Below are positions 27,717 through 36,563 of a stretch of DNA of 64,000 bases, piece by piece. This DNA comes from Verrucomicrobiia bacterium (lineage in GTDB: Bacteria; Verrucomicrobiota; Verrucomicrobiia; Limisphaerales; UBA11358): contig JBAPQW010000087.1 in the NCBI GenBank assembly GCA_049280815.1, forward strand, positions 2,522-66,521. The letters are read 5' to 3'. Position 1 is the stretch's first letter; every line of letters begins with the position of its first letter. The translations under genes and the position numbers were made by a program. The notes under the pieces were generated by a model that saw only the letters and a program-made list of their open reading frames with translations, searched no databases and had not been told where the DNA came from.

Positions 27717-27731
27717 GTGGCGGCTTTTGAA

Positions 27732-29051
27732 TCATGCGGGCACGGTCTGCGCGAGCCGGTAAACGCTTTGCCGGAAACCGAAGTTCATCGGGTAAAACAA
27801 GTTCTTCCAGGCGGTTGTTCCCCACAGGCGTTTGAAAATGGAGGGAATCGAATACACCTCCTTGAACACGCGGTAATAACCTTTCAGCAACTGGTCGGCG
27901 GTCAGGCTCTTGGGTTTGAAGACCACGTGGTTGGCGTCGTACAGCGACCAGTCCTGGGTCAGAATCCGATCTTCCCGGGCCAGCCGTTGATGCAGCCGGG
28001 TGCCGGGATACGGCGTGAGGATGGAAAAATAGGTCACTTCAATTTTCGCCTTCAAAACAAATTCCAGCGTGCGGTCGAAAACCCCCTCGTCATCGTTGTC
28101 AAAACCAAACACGAATGAGCCGTCGATGCCGATGCCGTGGTCGTGAATTTTTTGCACGATATCGAAATACTGGTCCGGGTGATTCACGCGCTTGCCCATC
28201 GCGGCGATGGTTTCGGGCGAGAGCGATTCGAAGCCCATGAAGAGTCCCTTGCAGCCGCTTTGCTGGCAAAGCTTCAGGATTTCCGGATCGCTGGCAATGT
28301 TGACCGAGGCCTGGCCAAACCAGTTCAGCTTCAAATCGGCGATGCGGGGCAAAAACTCCCGGGCATAGGCGCGGTTGCTGATGATGTTGTCATCCGTAAA
28401 AAACACGCAGTTCTTCAACGAGAACGTTCCCCGATCGAAAGGGGTCAGTCCCCGCAGTTCCGCCAGCACCTCCTCCTGCGGACGGTTGCGATATTTCCCG
28501 CCAAAGGCGCTCGTCACGGCGCAAAATTCGCAGTCAATCGGGCAGCCCCGGGTCGTTTCGACAAAATGAACCGGCAGATATTTTTTATTTTCGTAAAGAT
28601 TCCAATCCGGCGGCGGCAGCCCGGCCAGCGATGGCAGACTGTCTTGATGGCGGTAGACGGGCTTGAGCTGGTGGAGTTCGAAATCGCGCAACAAAGCAGG
28701 CCACAGCGCCTCGGCTTCTCCCATCACCAGACTGTCGCAGTGCGGTTGAGCCTCATCCGGCAGGCAGGAAACGTGCATCCCGCCCAGCACCACCTTGATG
28801 CCGCGCTGGCGGAAATGATCAGCAATTTCATAAGCCCGCTGGACGGTGGTGGTCATGGCGGTGATGCCCACCAGATCAGCCTCCTGGTTCAAATCCAACG
28901 GTTCGCTTTTCTCATCCACAATCGTGACCTGCCAGTCGGACGGCGTCAGCGCCGCCACTTTGAGGAGGCCGAGACCGGGCATGCGGAAAAAGAATTTATC
29001 ACCCATCAGGCTTTTCCTGGAGAGCGGGGAGATGAGCAATAATTTTTTCAT
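27732..29051 (-). CDS. B12-binding-domain radical SAM enzyme (class B)
   Basis: N-terminal cobalamin-binding-like Rossmann segment (MKKLLLISPL...ADLVGITAMT). Radical SAM cluster motif TTRGCPIDCEFCAV (CxxxCxxC). About 440 aa. Confidence 0.88.
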   Translation of the reverse strand: MKKLLLISPLSRKSLMGDKFFFRMPGLGLLKVAALTPSDWQVTIVDEKSEPLDLNQEADLVGITAMTTTVQRAYEIADHFRQRGIKVVLGGMHVSCLPDEAQPHCDSLVMGEAEALWPALLRDFELHQLKPVYRHQDSLPSLAGLPPPDWNLYENKKYLPVHFVETTRGCPIDCEFCAVTSAFGGKYRNRPQEEVLAELRGLTPFDRGTFSLKNCVFFTDDNIISNRAYAREFLPRIADLKLNWFGQASVNIASDPEILKLCQQSGCKGLFMGFESLSPETIAAMGKRVNHPDQYFDIVQKIHDHGIGIDGSFVFGFDNDDEGVFDRTLEFVLKAKIEVTYFSILTPYPGTRLHQRLAREDRILTQDWSLYDANHVVFKPKSLTADQLLKGYYRVFKEVYSIPSIFKRLWGTTAWKNLFYPMNFGFRQSVYRLAQTVPA

Positions 29052-29055
29052 CGGT

Positions 29056-30459
29056 TCATTTTCCATTTACGCCATGCGGCCACAGGCGTTGAATGGTTGA
29101 AAAGTAGCTCCACAACGGCCCGACGGCACCTTTTTTACGCAACCGTTCGACCAGGCGGGTGTAGGCCGGCCCCGGATCACCGATAATCCAGCTGGGCGCG
29201 AGGCGGGCAAAGGCCTGGAGCCGGGCAAAGACCTCATCCGCCATCAGACCGGGCGCGAGATAATAAGCGGGGGCAAGCAAATCGGTCTCCTGGTCAATGC
29301 AGCCTTCGGCGACCGCCTGCTGAAACAGGCGCGTGCCCGGATAAATCCGCATCCCCACCACCGCAATGATGACGGCGTTCTTGATCCGCAACGATGCCTC
29401 AAATCCGCACCGCAAGGTTTCCCTGGTTTCACCCGGGCCGCCGCTGATGAGAAAATGGCAGAAATCGATGTTCTCCTGGTTGGCCAGTTCGCTCGCATGC
29501 AGGATGTCGTCGAAAGTCAGCCCTTTTTGGTAAGCCGCCAGAACCTCGTCACAGAAACTGTCCGAACCAAACTCAATGTGCGCCAGCCCGGCCCGCTTCA
29601 TCAGCTTCATCAATTCCGGCGTCAATCCTTGAGGTCGCAGAAAACAACCCCAGGCCAGCTTCACATTGCGGCGCAGAATGGCCTCGCAGATTTCCGCGAC
29701 ATGACGCGGGGAAGAATTGAAGACCGAATCCACGATGAACACATAGCGGGCCCCCAGCCTTTGCACCTGCTCGAATTCATCGCCCACGGCGTCAGCGGAG
29801 CGACTCCGGTGATGCCGGCCTTCAATGATCGGATACGTGCAATAACAACATTGGCTGGCACAACCGCGCTGGGTCTGGATGTTCAGCATGCCGCTGGTGC
29901 GCAGGTAATAGTCCGAGACGGTGGCCGGACGGTCGCCCTCGGCCAGAATTTGTCCGTCCGGACTGCCGGCGGGCGGATTGATGAGGATATTCCCGTTTTC
30001 GCGGTAAACCAGGCCGGGAATACCGGAGAAATCGCAGCCGTTGTTCAAGGCGGCCAGCAGGGAAACAAAACCGGCTTCGCCTTCGCCGCAGATGCCATAT
30101 TCTGCGCCGGTCAATTGCAGCAACTGCCGGGGAAAAATGCTGAAGCCGCTGCCGCCCAGCACCACCGGACATTTGACTGTCTGCCGGATCGTTTCACCCA
30201 GCGCGGAGAGGTGGTCAAAAAAAGTTTCCCGTTTGCGGATGATCACATCGTCAATGTTACGGACGGAAATACCAACGACATCCGGTGGATAACCGTCCAA
30301 AACATCCTCGATTCGTTCGGCACCAGCCAGGCTGTCGACCCAATGGGTGTCGTGGCCAGCCCGGCGCAACGCAGAATTCAGGTAGGCCAGCCCCAGCGGA
30401 AAGACCGGGTCGGGCAGGGTGCAGCGGTTGTCGCTGATCAGTAGAACTTTGTTACCCAT
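29056..30459 (-). CDS. B12-binding-domain radical SAM enzyme (class B), second paralogue-type
   Basis: MGNKVLLISDN...PDVVGISVRN (B12-like domain). QRGCASQCCYCTYP supplies CxxxCxxC. About 467 aa. The longest possible ORF of the downstream rSAM (start 29066) would overlap this gene's stop at 29056; with the chosen start at 29051 the two genes are separated by about 4 nt. Confidence 0.88.
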   Translation of the reverse strand: MGNKVLLISDNRCTLPDPVFPLGLAYLNSALRRAGHDTHWVDSLAGAERIEDVLDGYPPDVVGISVRNIDDVIIRKRETFFDHLSALGETIRQTVKCPVVLGGSGFSIFPRQLLQLTGAEYGICGEGEAGFVSLLAALNNGCDFSGIPGLVYRENGNILINPPAGSPDGQILAEGDRPATVSDYYLRTSGMLNIQTQRGCASQCCYCTYPIIEGRHHRSRSADAVGDEFEQVQRLGARYVFIVDSVFNSSPRHVAEICEAILRRNVKLAWGCFLRPQGLTPELMKLMKRAGLAHIEFGSDSFCDEVLAAYQKGLTFDDILHASELANQENIDFCHFLISGGPGETRETLRCGFEASLRIKNAVIIAVVGMRIYPGTRLFQQAVAEGCIDQETDLLAPAYYLAPGLMADEVFARLQAFARLAPSWIIGDPGPAYTRLVERLRKKGAVGPLWSYFSTIQRLWPHGVNGK

Positions 30460-30590
30460 GCAATGGCGGGTTTGTGATTCCGGCAACTGGACCAGTGACC
30501 GTGGTCACTCCAAGGCTGCGGCAGAACCCCTCAAGACGTTGGCATGAGGACACAGGTTGTTCAGCGATGACAGCTTTAAGCACGTGCGCC

Positions 30591-31697
30591 TTACGATTGA
30601 ACTCTGCGGGCGATCTCCTTTCCTGCGGCGTCCGCTCCCTGGCCCTGATAAAAATCGGCCAGCCCGGTTTTCGAAGGCGCGAGTCCTTCCGCGGAAAGCG
30701 CGTTGAGCACATGTTCTTCCGTCATGATGAACCGGCCGCGTTTGTAAATGACGTAATCACCGCGCAAATCACCGGGGGTCATGTTGATCGTCACGAGATT
30801 CGCCCCCGCGCGCAAGCCGCGACGATAGCCATCCGGCGCGGCAAGGTTGAACGCGCTGACGGCGGGGATCACCCAGTCCGGCCGCATCAACCGCATGGCG
30901 CTCACACAATTGAAGGTCCAGTCGGCCTGGGCCGTCGAGCCCCCGGCGAACGGCGTGTTTTCACCGGGAATGAACGGGCTGACGCTGCAACCGTGCAGCG
31001 GGAGCGTGCGGGCGAGTTCCAGGTTTTTCCACAAATCCCGCGGCTGTTGTCCGGGCAATCCAACGATGAATCCGGAGCTGACAAACCATCCATTTTCCGC
31101 GAGCAGGCGGATGTGCCGCAGCCGTTCGGCCAGGGTGCCGGGCGCTTCCAGTTGTTCATAGTGCGCGGCATTGCCGGTTTCGAACTTCATGATAAAAATA
31201 CCCGCGCCCGCGGCCTGCAGCTCGGAATAAACTTCCGGCGACAAGGTCCCCAGGCAAACGCTGATCCCGAGCGGTGTTTCGCGCCGCAGGGTTTCGATGA
31301 GCGGCAGCACGACCTCGCGCACCGCCACCGGGTCTTCGCCCGACTGGATGTTGACGTCCGTCACGCTGTCCGGGCGATGCTCGACAAGCAGTTCGGCGAT
31401 TTTTTCATGCTGCGCGCGGTAGCGGGCGAGGCTGCGATTATCGCGGCGCATGCCACAGTAGCCGCAATTTTCGCGGCAGAAATTCGAAACTTCGACCACG
31501 GCGCGCACGAAAACTTTCTTGCCAAATCGAGTTCGCGTGGCGGCCGCGGCGCGTTCGTGCAAGCCCGCTTGGGCCGCGCCGTTCAAGGCGAGTTCCGACT
31601 CGGTGGGAAAATGGCCGTTACTTGACACCAGGTGATGATAGTACGCCCGCCATCCTGGCGCAACCAGCGGGGTGAAGATCCCATATCCATCAGCCAA
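30591..31697 (-). CDS. Radical SAM enzyme of the BioB/ThiH/HydE-like subgroup
   Basis: VSNFCRENCGYCGM (CxxxCxxC) follows an N-terminal extension. TIM-barrel-length body of about 368 aa. Confidence 0.85.
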   Translation of the reverse strand: MADGYGIFTPLVAPGWRAYYHHLVSSNGHFPTESELALNGAAQAGLHERAAAATRTRFGKKVFVRAVVEVSNFCRENCGYCGMRRDNRSLARYRAQHEKIAELLVEHRPDSVTDVNIQSGEDPVAVREVVLPLIETLRRETPLGISVCLGTLSPEVYSELQAAGAGIFIMKFETGNAAHYEQLEAPGTLAERLRHIRLLAENGWFVSSGFIVGLPGQQPRDLWKNLELARTLPLHGCSVSPFIPGENTPFAGGSTAQADWTFNCVSAMRLMRPDWVIPAVSAFNLAAPDGYRRGLRAGANLVTINMTPGDLRGDYVIYKRGRFIMTEEHVLNALSAEGLAPSKTGLADFYQGQGADAAGKEIARRVQS

Positions 31698-31876
31698 CGG
31701 CCGGCTTAAGTCAGGCCCCCAATGACGACACGAACATTGGAGTTACGGAGGTCTCCGCCGCTGAAGGCCCGGTCGTCAAAACCGGCCTGCCTTCCAACCG
31801 CCTGGATCGATGGCGCATCGCACGCCCAGTTTTCCCAAGGTTATGGATTGGAAACGCCAAAGTGCCGGCGGCGGGT

Positions 31877-32566
31877 TCAAGGCAACGATTTCCGCGCCTG
31901 CAGCACGATCCGGGTGCCGAAATACAGCCATATTTTGGCATTGGGAATTTCGGCCCGGTCCGCCAGTTTGCGCCATTCACCCAGACGAAAACCGCGCCGC
32001 ACCGAAATCAATCCATCACTGCGCAAGGTTCGACTGACCCGCAGGAAATGCATGCCGAGCCAGACCAGGGCATAAAGCCCGGCGTTGCGGTGGAGGTCGC
32101 AAAAGAACACCGCTCCGCGCGTCACCCGCCAGGCCTCGCGCCAGTGCGTGACGATTTGTTCGTCGGTCAAGTGATGGGTCATTTGCGAGGTGACCACCAG
32201 GTCGAAGCTGCCGTCGGCGAACGGCAGTTGCAATGCCGAACCGACCACGCTGTCCGGGCGGTTGCCAATTTTTAGCGCGACCGGGTTGGTGTCCAGATCA
32301 GTGAAATGCCAGTGCCAGCCGCGGCGGCACGCCCAGTCGGTTAATCGTTCCCCGAGCAGACCGGTGCCCGCGCCCACGTCGAGAATGTTTAACCGCTCGC
32401 AATTCACCCGCCCCAGCCATCGGGGCAGCCCCGCGGCAAATGGATGCGAAAACTGAAAGACCGAGTTGACGCGGTTGAGATCACGAAACGAAGCGACGGT
32501 CTCCGCCTCGGTGCGGCCGGGCAAATCAAAAAATTCTGTTTGCGTGGAGCGATGCCGCAAAAACAT
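31877..32566 (-). CDS. Class I SAM-dependent methyltransferase
   Basis: Motif I ILDVGAGTGLLGERL and an acidic motif II region (HFTDLD). 229 aa. Confidence 0.8.
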   Translation of the reverse strand: MFLRHRSTQTEFFDLPGRTEAETVASFRDLNRVNSVFQFSHPFAAGLPRWLGRVNCERLNILDVGAGTGLLGERLTDWACRRGWHWHFTDLDTNPVALKIGNRPDSVVGSALQLPFADGSFDLVVTSQMTHHLTDEQIVTHWREAWRVTRGAVFFCDLHRNAGLYALVWLGMHFLRVSRTLRSDGLISVRRGFRLGEWRKLADRAEIPNAKIWLYFGTRIVLQARKSLP

Positions 32567-32658
32567 GATTTCAATTAGAAGAAACCCGGACTTTATTCAA
32601 GCTCCGGTCGCAAAACTGCTTCGAATCCAGGCCGTCGCGCATGCGCACCAGGCCGCCT

Positions 32659-34311
32659 TCAGAGAAAATCCGCTTCCTCCGGCACGGTGAAAACATAGCC
32701 TTCCGCCGCCAGCCGGGTAAGCACGGTTTCGGCCAGAATCACATTAATCGGTCGTCCGTGTCGATCGCGCCGGCCTTCATGCAACAATATGATCGCGCCG
32801 GGTTGGACGGAGCGGTGGATCCGATCCGCCATGGCTTCAGGATCCTGAAACAGTCCATCAAATCCGCGCGCCGACCAGCCGATGAGCTTCAGGTTCCGGT
32901 CGCACAGTAGAATGTGCAGAAACAGATTGGCCATGCCCGCCGGCGCCCGAAACCATCGGGGTGGTTCGCCGGTGGCTTCGCGCAAGGCCTGGCTGCATTG
33001 ATCAATTTCCCGCGTCAACCAAGTTTCGAGAAAACTCCAGAAAAACAATACCGGATGGGTCTGCGTGTGATTGGCCAGCGAGTGACCGTCGCGCAAAATC
33101 GCCCGGGCCAGTTCCGGATATTCTTGAACCCGCCGGCCAATCACAAAAAAGGTCGCCCGCGCGTTGTATTTTTTTAGCAGCTTGAGCAGCTGCGGCGTGT
33201 CCTCGGGATGCGGGCCGTCATCAATGGTCAGCCAGACGGCCTTTTTCTGCGTGCGAAAGCGGGTGACGACCCGGCCAAACCAGCCACAATTGGCGCGAAT
33301 CGCCGGAAAAATAATCAAAGTTTTTGTGGCCAGATCCAGGCTTAAAAAAAACAGCTTGTGATTCCAGTTAAGGGCCAGCAGCACGGGTGTGGTCAAACAT
33401 ACGGCGAAGACCAGAATTAAGGCAAACCGGCGGCGCGTGAAAAACCAGAGGCCCACCCTGGTCAGCACGGTTTCCGGTGCAATGGCAATGCTTTTTGCCT
33501 GCGACAGGCCGATGGGCTGCGGAGTCCTCCCCCCGTGTTTTGCCCGCTGCCGCAATCTCCAGATCCGCCGCATTTGCGGCAACAGTTCCAGCACCAAAAG
33601 CGTGTGCCGCTGAATGAGCAGCAGATTATCCCGCCAATAATGGAAGTGGGAAATTCCGCCGTCCGCCGGATTGAAATACCTGACCGGTGCGGAAAGATTG
33701 ATCGGTGGCACCCCGGCCCAAAATAGCCGCACGGCCAGTTCCGTGTCGAAATCAAACCGCCGCGCGCCGGGCGTACTTTGCAGGATGCGCACCGATTCCT
33801 GGAGGGGATAAACCCGGAAACCGAAAAGCGAATCTTCAATCCCGCCCCAGAACGTCTCCAGATTGGCCCACCAGTTCCCCACGCGCCGGCCGTGACGGCG
33901 CAATGCCGGCGCATCCATGGCAAATTGGGGCACACCCAAAATCATGGCGGCGGGATTTTTCTGCGACGCCTGCATGAAACGGGAAATATCGGCCGCCGAA
34001 TGCTGGCCATCCGCGTCCAGCACCAGCGCATGGGTGAAGCCCGCCTGACCGGCAGCCAGCATCGCGTGCAGCACGGCGGCGCCCTTGCCCGAGTTGCAAT
34101 CGAGGGATAAAACCCGCAGGCCACTTCCCGGCCGGTTCATTTCCGCCAACGCCGCCGCGCTGCCATCCGTGCTGCCATCCAGCACGACCCACACGGGCTG
34201 CCAGCAAACCAGGGCTTCCTTCACCGTTTCGGCGAGCCGGCTTCCCGTGTTGTAACTCGGGATGATGACCAGATGCGACTGGCTTGGCGCCGGCTGGTTC
34301 GGGTCGCTCAT
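32659..34311 (-). CDS. Fusion protein: family-2 glycosyltransferase + TM segment + NodB-type polysaccharide deacetylase
   Basis: N-terminal GT2 strings (LVIIPSYNTGSRL, VLDGSTDGS, VLDADGQH). Central hydrophobic helices. C-terminal NodB motifs (WLTIDDGPHPEDT, GHSLANHTQTH, LLHEG). Confidence 0.85.
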   Translation of the reverse strand: MSDPNQPAPSQSHLVIIPSYNTGSRLAETVKEALVCWQPVWVVLDGSTDGSAAALAEMNRPGSGLRVLSLDCNSGKGAAVLHAMLAAGQAGFTHALVLDADGQHSAADISRFMQASQKNPAAMILGVPQFAMDAPALRRHGRRVGNWWANLETFWGGIEDSLFGFRVYPLQESVRILQSTPGARRFDFDTELAVRLFWAGVPPINLSAPVRYFNPADGGISHFHYWRDNLLLIQRHTLLVLELLPQMRRIWRLRQRAKHGGRTPQPIGLSQAKSIAIAPETVLTRVGLWFFTRRRFALILVFAVCLTTPVLLALNWNHKLFFLSLDLATKTLIIFPAIRANCGWFGRVVTRFRTQKKAVWLTIDDGPHPEDTPQLLKLLKKYNARATFFVIGRRVQEYPELARAILRDGHSLANHTQTHPVLFFWSFLETWLTREIDQCSQALREATGEPPRWFRAPAGMANLFLHILLCDRNLKLIGWSARGFDGLFQDPEAMADRIHRSVQPGAIILLHEGRRDRHGRPINVILAETVLTRLAAEGYVFTVPEEADFL

Positions 34312-35093
34312 GAATTTGTTTCCCGGGTTGGTGCCAGGGTTTCCCTGAAATAATTTTCCACCGCGAGGCCAAATGGTTTTGCTTCCTGTGCCGGCTCCGG
34401 CTGAAACCGCCTGCCCAGGCGCAGGGAATAGCGCACCGGAAAGGCCGGCCTTTTGAAAAACGGCCGGCCTTTGCCCAGGCAGTTGCCCTCCGCACGGATA
34501 ATGACGGTCTGCACCGGCGACCGGGTCAAAACCGCGGCCAGGGCGAACCCCATCTTGAAGGGCAGCAATTCCCCCCCCACGGTCCGCGTGCCCTCGGGAA
34601 ACACCAGCAGATTGGACCCCTCTTTCAGCCGCTCCTCACATTTTTTAACGAGGCCCAAACCGGATTGATTATGGATGTACCCGGCCAGCCGCGCCGTGCC
34701 CGACAACACAATGTTGCGCGCCAGACTTCCCTTCATCAGGCAGACGGCTCGCGGCACCAGGGAAACCAGCAACACCGCGTCCAGCAGACCGGGATGATTC
34801 GCCACCACGATCAATCCGCTGGCAGGGCGCAGTGCGGACAACCCGCCAGCGTCCAGTTCGAGCAGCCCAAACGCGCGCAAATACCCTACAAAAAAGACGA
34901 ACAACGTATGAATCAGCTTTTGGCCAAAAAAACGCGCGCCGACCCCTCGAAATAAAATTGCCGGAACCGCACAAGCCACGCTGACCACCGATCCGACGAC
35001 CGCAAAAATAAAAAACGCCCCAAAAAAGGCCGCAGTTTGCAAAACGTCTTGGAACCAGTTTTTGGTTGGTGTCGAAATCAGTTCGAAAGGCAT
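34308..35093 (-). CDS. Lysophospholipid/glycerol-3-phosphate-type acyltransferase (PlsC/LPLAT family)
   Basis: N-terminal TM helix. HX4D motif VANHPGLLDAV. VFPEGTRT motif. First gene of the operon. 4-nt overlap with the next gene. Confidence 0.85.
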   Translation of the reverse strand: MPFELISTPTKNWFQDVLQTAAFFGAFFIFAVVGSVVSVACAVPAILFRGVGARFFGQKLIHTLFVFFVGYLRAFGLLELDAGGLSALRPASGLIVVANHPGLLDAVLLVSLVPRAVCLMKGSLARNIVLSGTARLAGYIHNQSGLGLVKKCEERLKEGSNLLVFPEGTRTVGGELLPFKMGFALAAVLTRSPVQTVIIRAEGNCLGKGRPFFKRPAFPVRYSLRLGRRFQPEPAQEAKPFGLAVENYFRETLAPTRETNS

Positions 35094-35400
35094 AACCTCA
35101 ATCCGCCGAGGTCAGCCTGCGTTTCCGGGATGCCCTTTTCAAGGGTGAAGTTTGCGGGCCTTCCCACAGGCGCATCCGAGCACTGCCCCGCCCCGACCGC
35201 AACAAGCTTGCAGCGCCACTGGGTGCGAAGCACCAGCCGCAGCGCCTGGAAAAGCTCGCGGCATCAGGTGTATTCCAGCAGGCCACGGATGCGAAGCTGC
35301 GGCGGCTGGTCTGCGACCCAGCCGCGCTCCGGGGCAGTATGCGGATGCATCCCCCAAGGTGCGTCTTCATTTCTTTAAATTCTGCTTGCGTGCAACCGCC

Positions 35401-35793
35401 ATGGAAAATCATGCTGTGATTGAAATGCTGCCAATATCAGATCCTGCACGAACCCTCCCCGCGCGCCGGAAGTTCTGGTTCACCAAAATCGCCACCTTTT
35501 TAACCGCCTCCGCGCTGTTGGGCTGGTCCTATGGCTGGTCGTCAGCCCGGGCATTTCCCAAAGGTAAAACCTTTGGATTTGGTTACGGCATGTTGCACGG
35601 CGCGTTGATGCCGCTCGCGCTGCCAAGCCTGCTCCTCGGCCGGGACGTGGAAATTTTTGCAGCGGACAATTCGGGGCGCCTCTACAAAATCGGCTACATT
35701 TGCGGCATCAACGCCTGCGGCCTGGCCTTCTTCGGGCCTTTGTTCTGGCGTCCGAAACGGGGCGCGGCGGATCATAAAAACCAATTTCGATAA
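35401..35793 (+). CDS. Small integral membrane protein of unknown function
   Basis: Start taken at ATG 35401 (MENHAVIEML...). Three or four hydrophobic segments. Divergent from the lipid operon. The 5' extension in the ORF track is Ala/Pro-rich shadow sequence. Confidence 0.45.
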   Translation: MENHAVIEMLPISDPARTLPARRKFWFTKIATFLTASALLGWSYGWSSARAFPKGKTFGFGYGMLHGALMPLALPSLLLGRDVEIFAADNSGRLYKIGYICGINACGLAFFGPLFWRPKRGAADHKNQFR

Positions 35794-36518
35794 ATCTCGA
35801 TGAGGTTCAGGCTGCCGCCCACCCAGTAAAGATTCCCCGGCAGAAAGAACGTTTGCGACGCCCGGTCAAACGTCAATTGCGAAGGTCGGATCGGGTCGTT
35901 CGGGTCGTAGGCTTGAAATTCAAAACCGCGCCCGGTTTCCACCCCGTCGAAAACCACCATGCTGTGATTGATGGACAGGGAAGGGAAATTCACCAGATGG
36001 ATGATGGGCGAAATATTTTGTTTGAGGGTGACGAACAATTGCGCGGCTGTGCGCGCCTGGTGGGCGCGCGTAATCGGAAACACCATCCGCCAATGGCTCC
36101 GCAAAAAGTACGAACGCCATGCGCCGCCGCACTCGACCTTGAACAGTTGTTCGCGCGCCCGGCTGAATTCGTGCAAACTGGCATATCCGGGGATGACAAT
36201 CTGCCTCCCGCCCGGGCACGGCGTCCGCGGGTCGCGCGAAAGGACTTCGCGAATCAAATGCCGGCAGGTTTCGTCATCAGCGGTGGGTTGGCCGGCGTCG
36301 AACTGCGCATGACCATGGAATTGCCGCACCGCGCGGGTCAGGACAAAACAGCGATGCGTGTAGTCCGGCTTCGGCTTGCGCCGGCGGATGATGGTTTTGC
36401 CGGTCGCTGGATCGAATTGATAGGTCCACACCAATTCATTGGCAAAGGCGAAGGTGTCGCGGGCAAATTCAAAGCGCCGCCCGACAGCCTCGCCTGGATC
36501 TATTTTGGTCGATATCAT
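35772..36518 (-). CDS. Hypothetical protein (possible Cys/His hydrolase- or transferase-like fold)
   Basis: Start taken at ATG 36518 (MISTKIDPGE...). 248 aa with a globular composition. Conserved-looking Cys (YTHRCFVLTRA) and His (SINHSMVVFD) in the order seen in papain-like folds. The fold assignment is speculative. Confidence 0.55.
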   Translation of the reverse strand: MISTKIDPGEAVGRRFEFARDTFAFANELVWTYQFDPATGKTIIRRRKPKPDYTHRCFVLTRAVRQFHGHAQFDAGQPTADDETCRHLIREVLSRDPRTPCPGGRQIVIPGYASLHEFSRAREQLFKVECGGAWRSYFLRSHWRMVFPITRAHQARTAAQLFVTLKQNISPIIHLVNFPSLSINHSMVVFDGVETGRGFEFQAYDPNDPIRPSQLTFDRASQTFFLPGNLYWVGGSLNLIEIYRNWFL

Positions 36519-36563
36519 CAATTCGCTTGCGGAGGAAGTTAGTCGTGCATTAACAAGCTGACA

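Noticed and set aside
31698-31876. The 180-nt spacer between the BioB-like rSAM and the methyltransferase, considered as a degenerate copy of the palindromic element (GTTACGGAGGTCTCCGCCGCTG...).
   Set aside because: The arm similarity is weak, and I could not define a matching inverted partner. It may simply be an internal promoter region.
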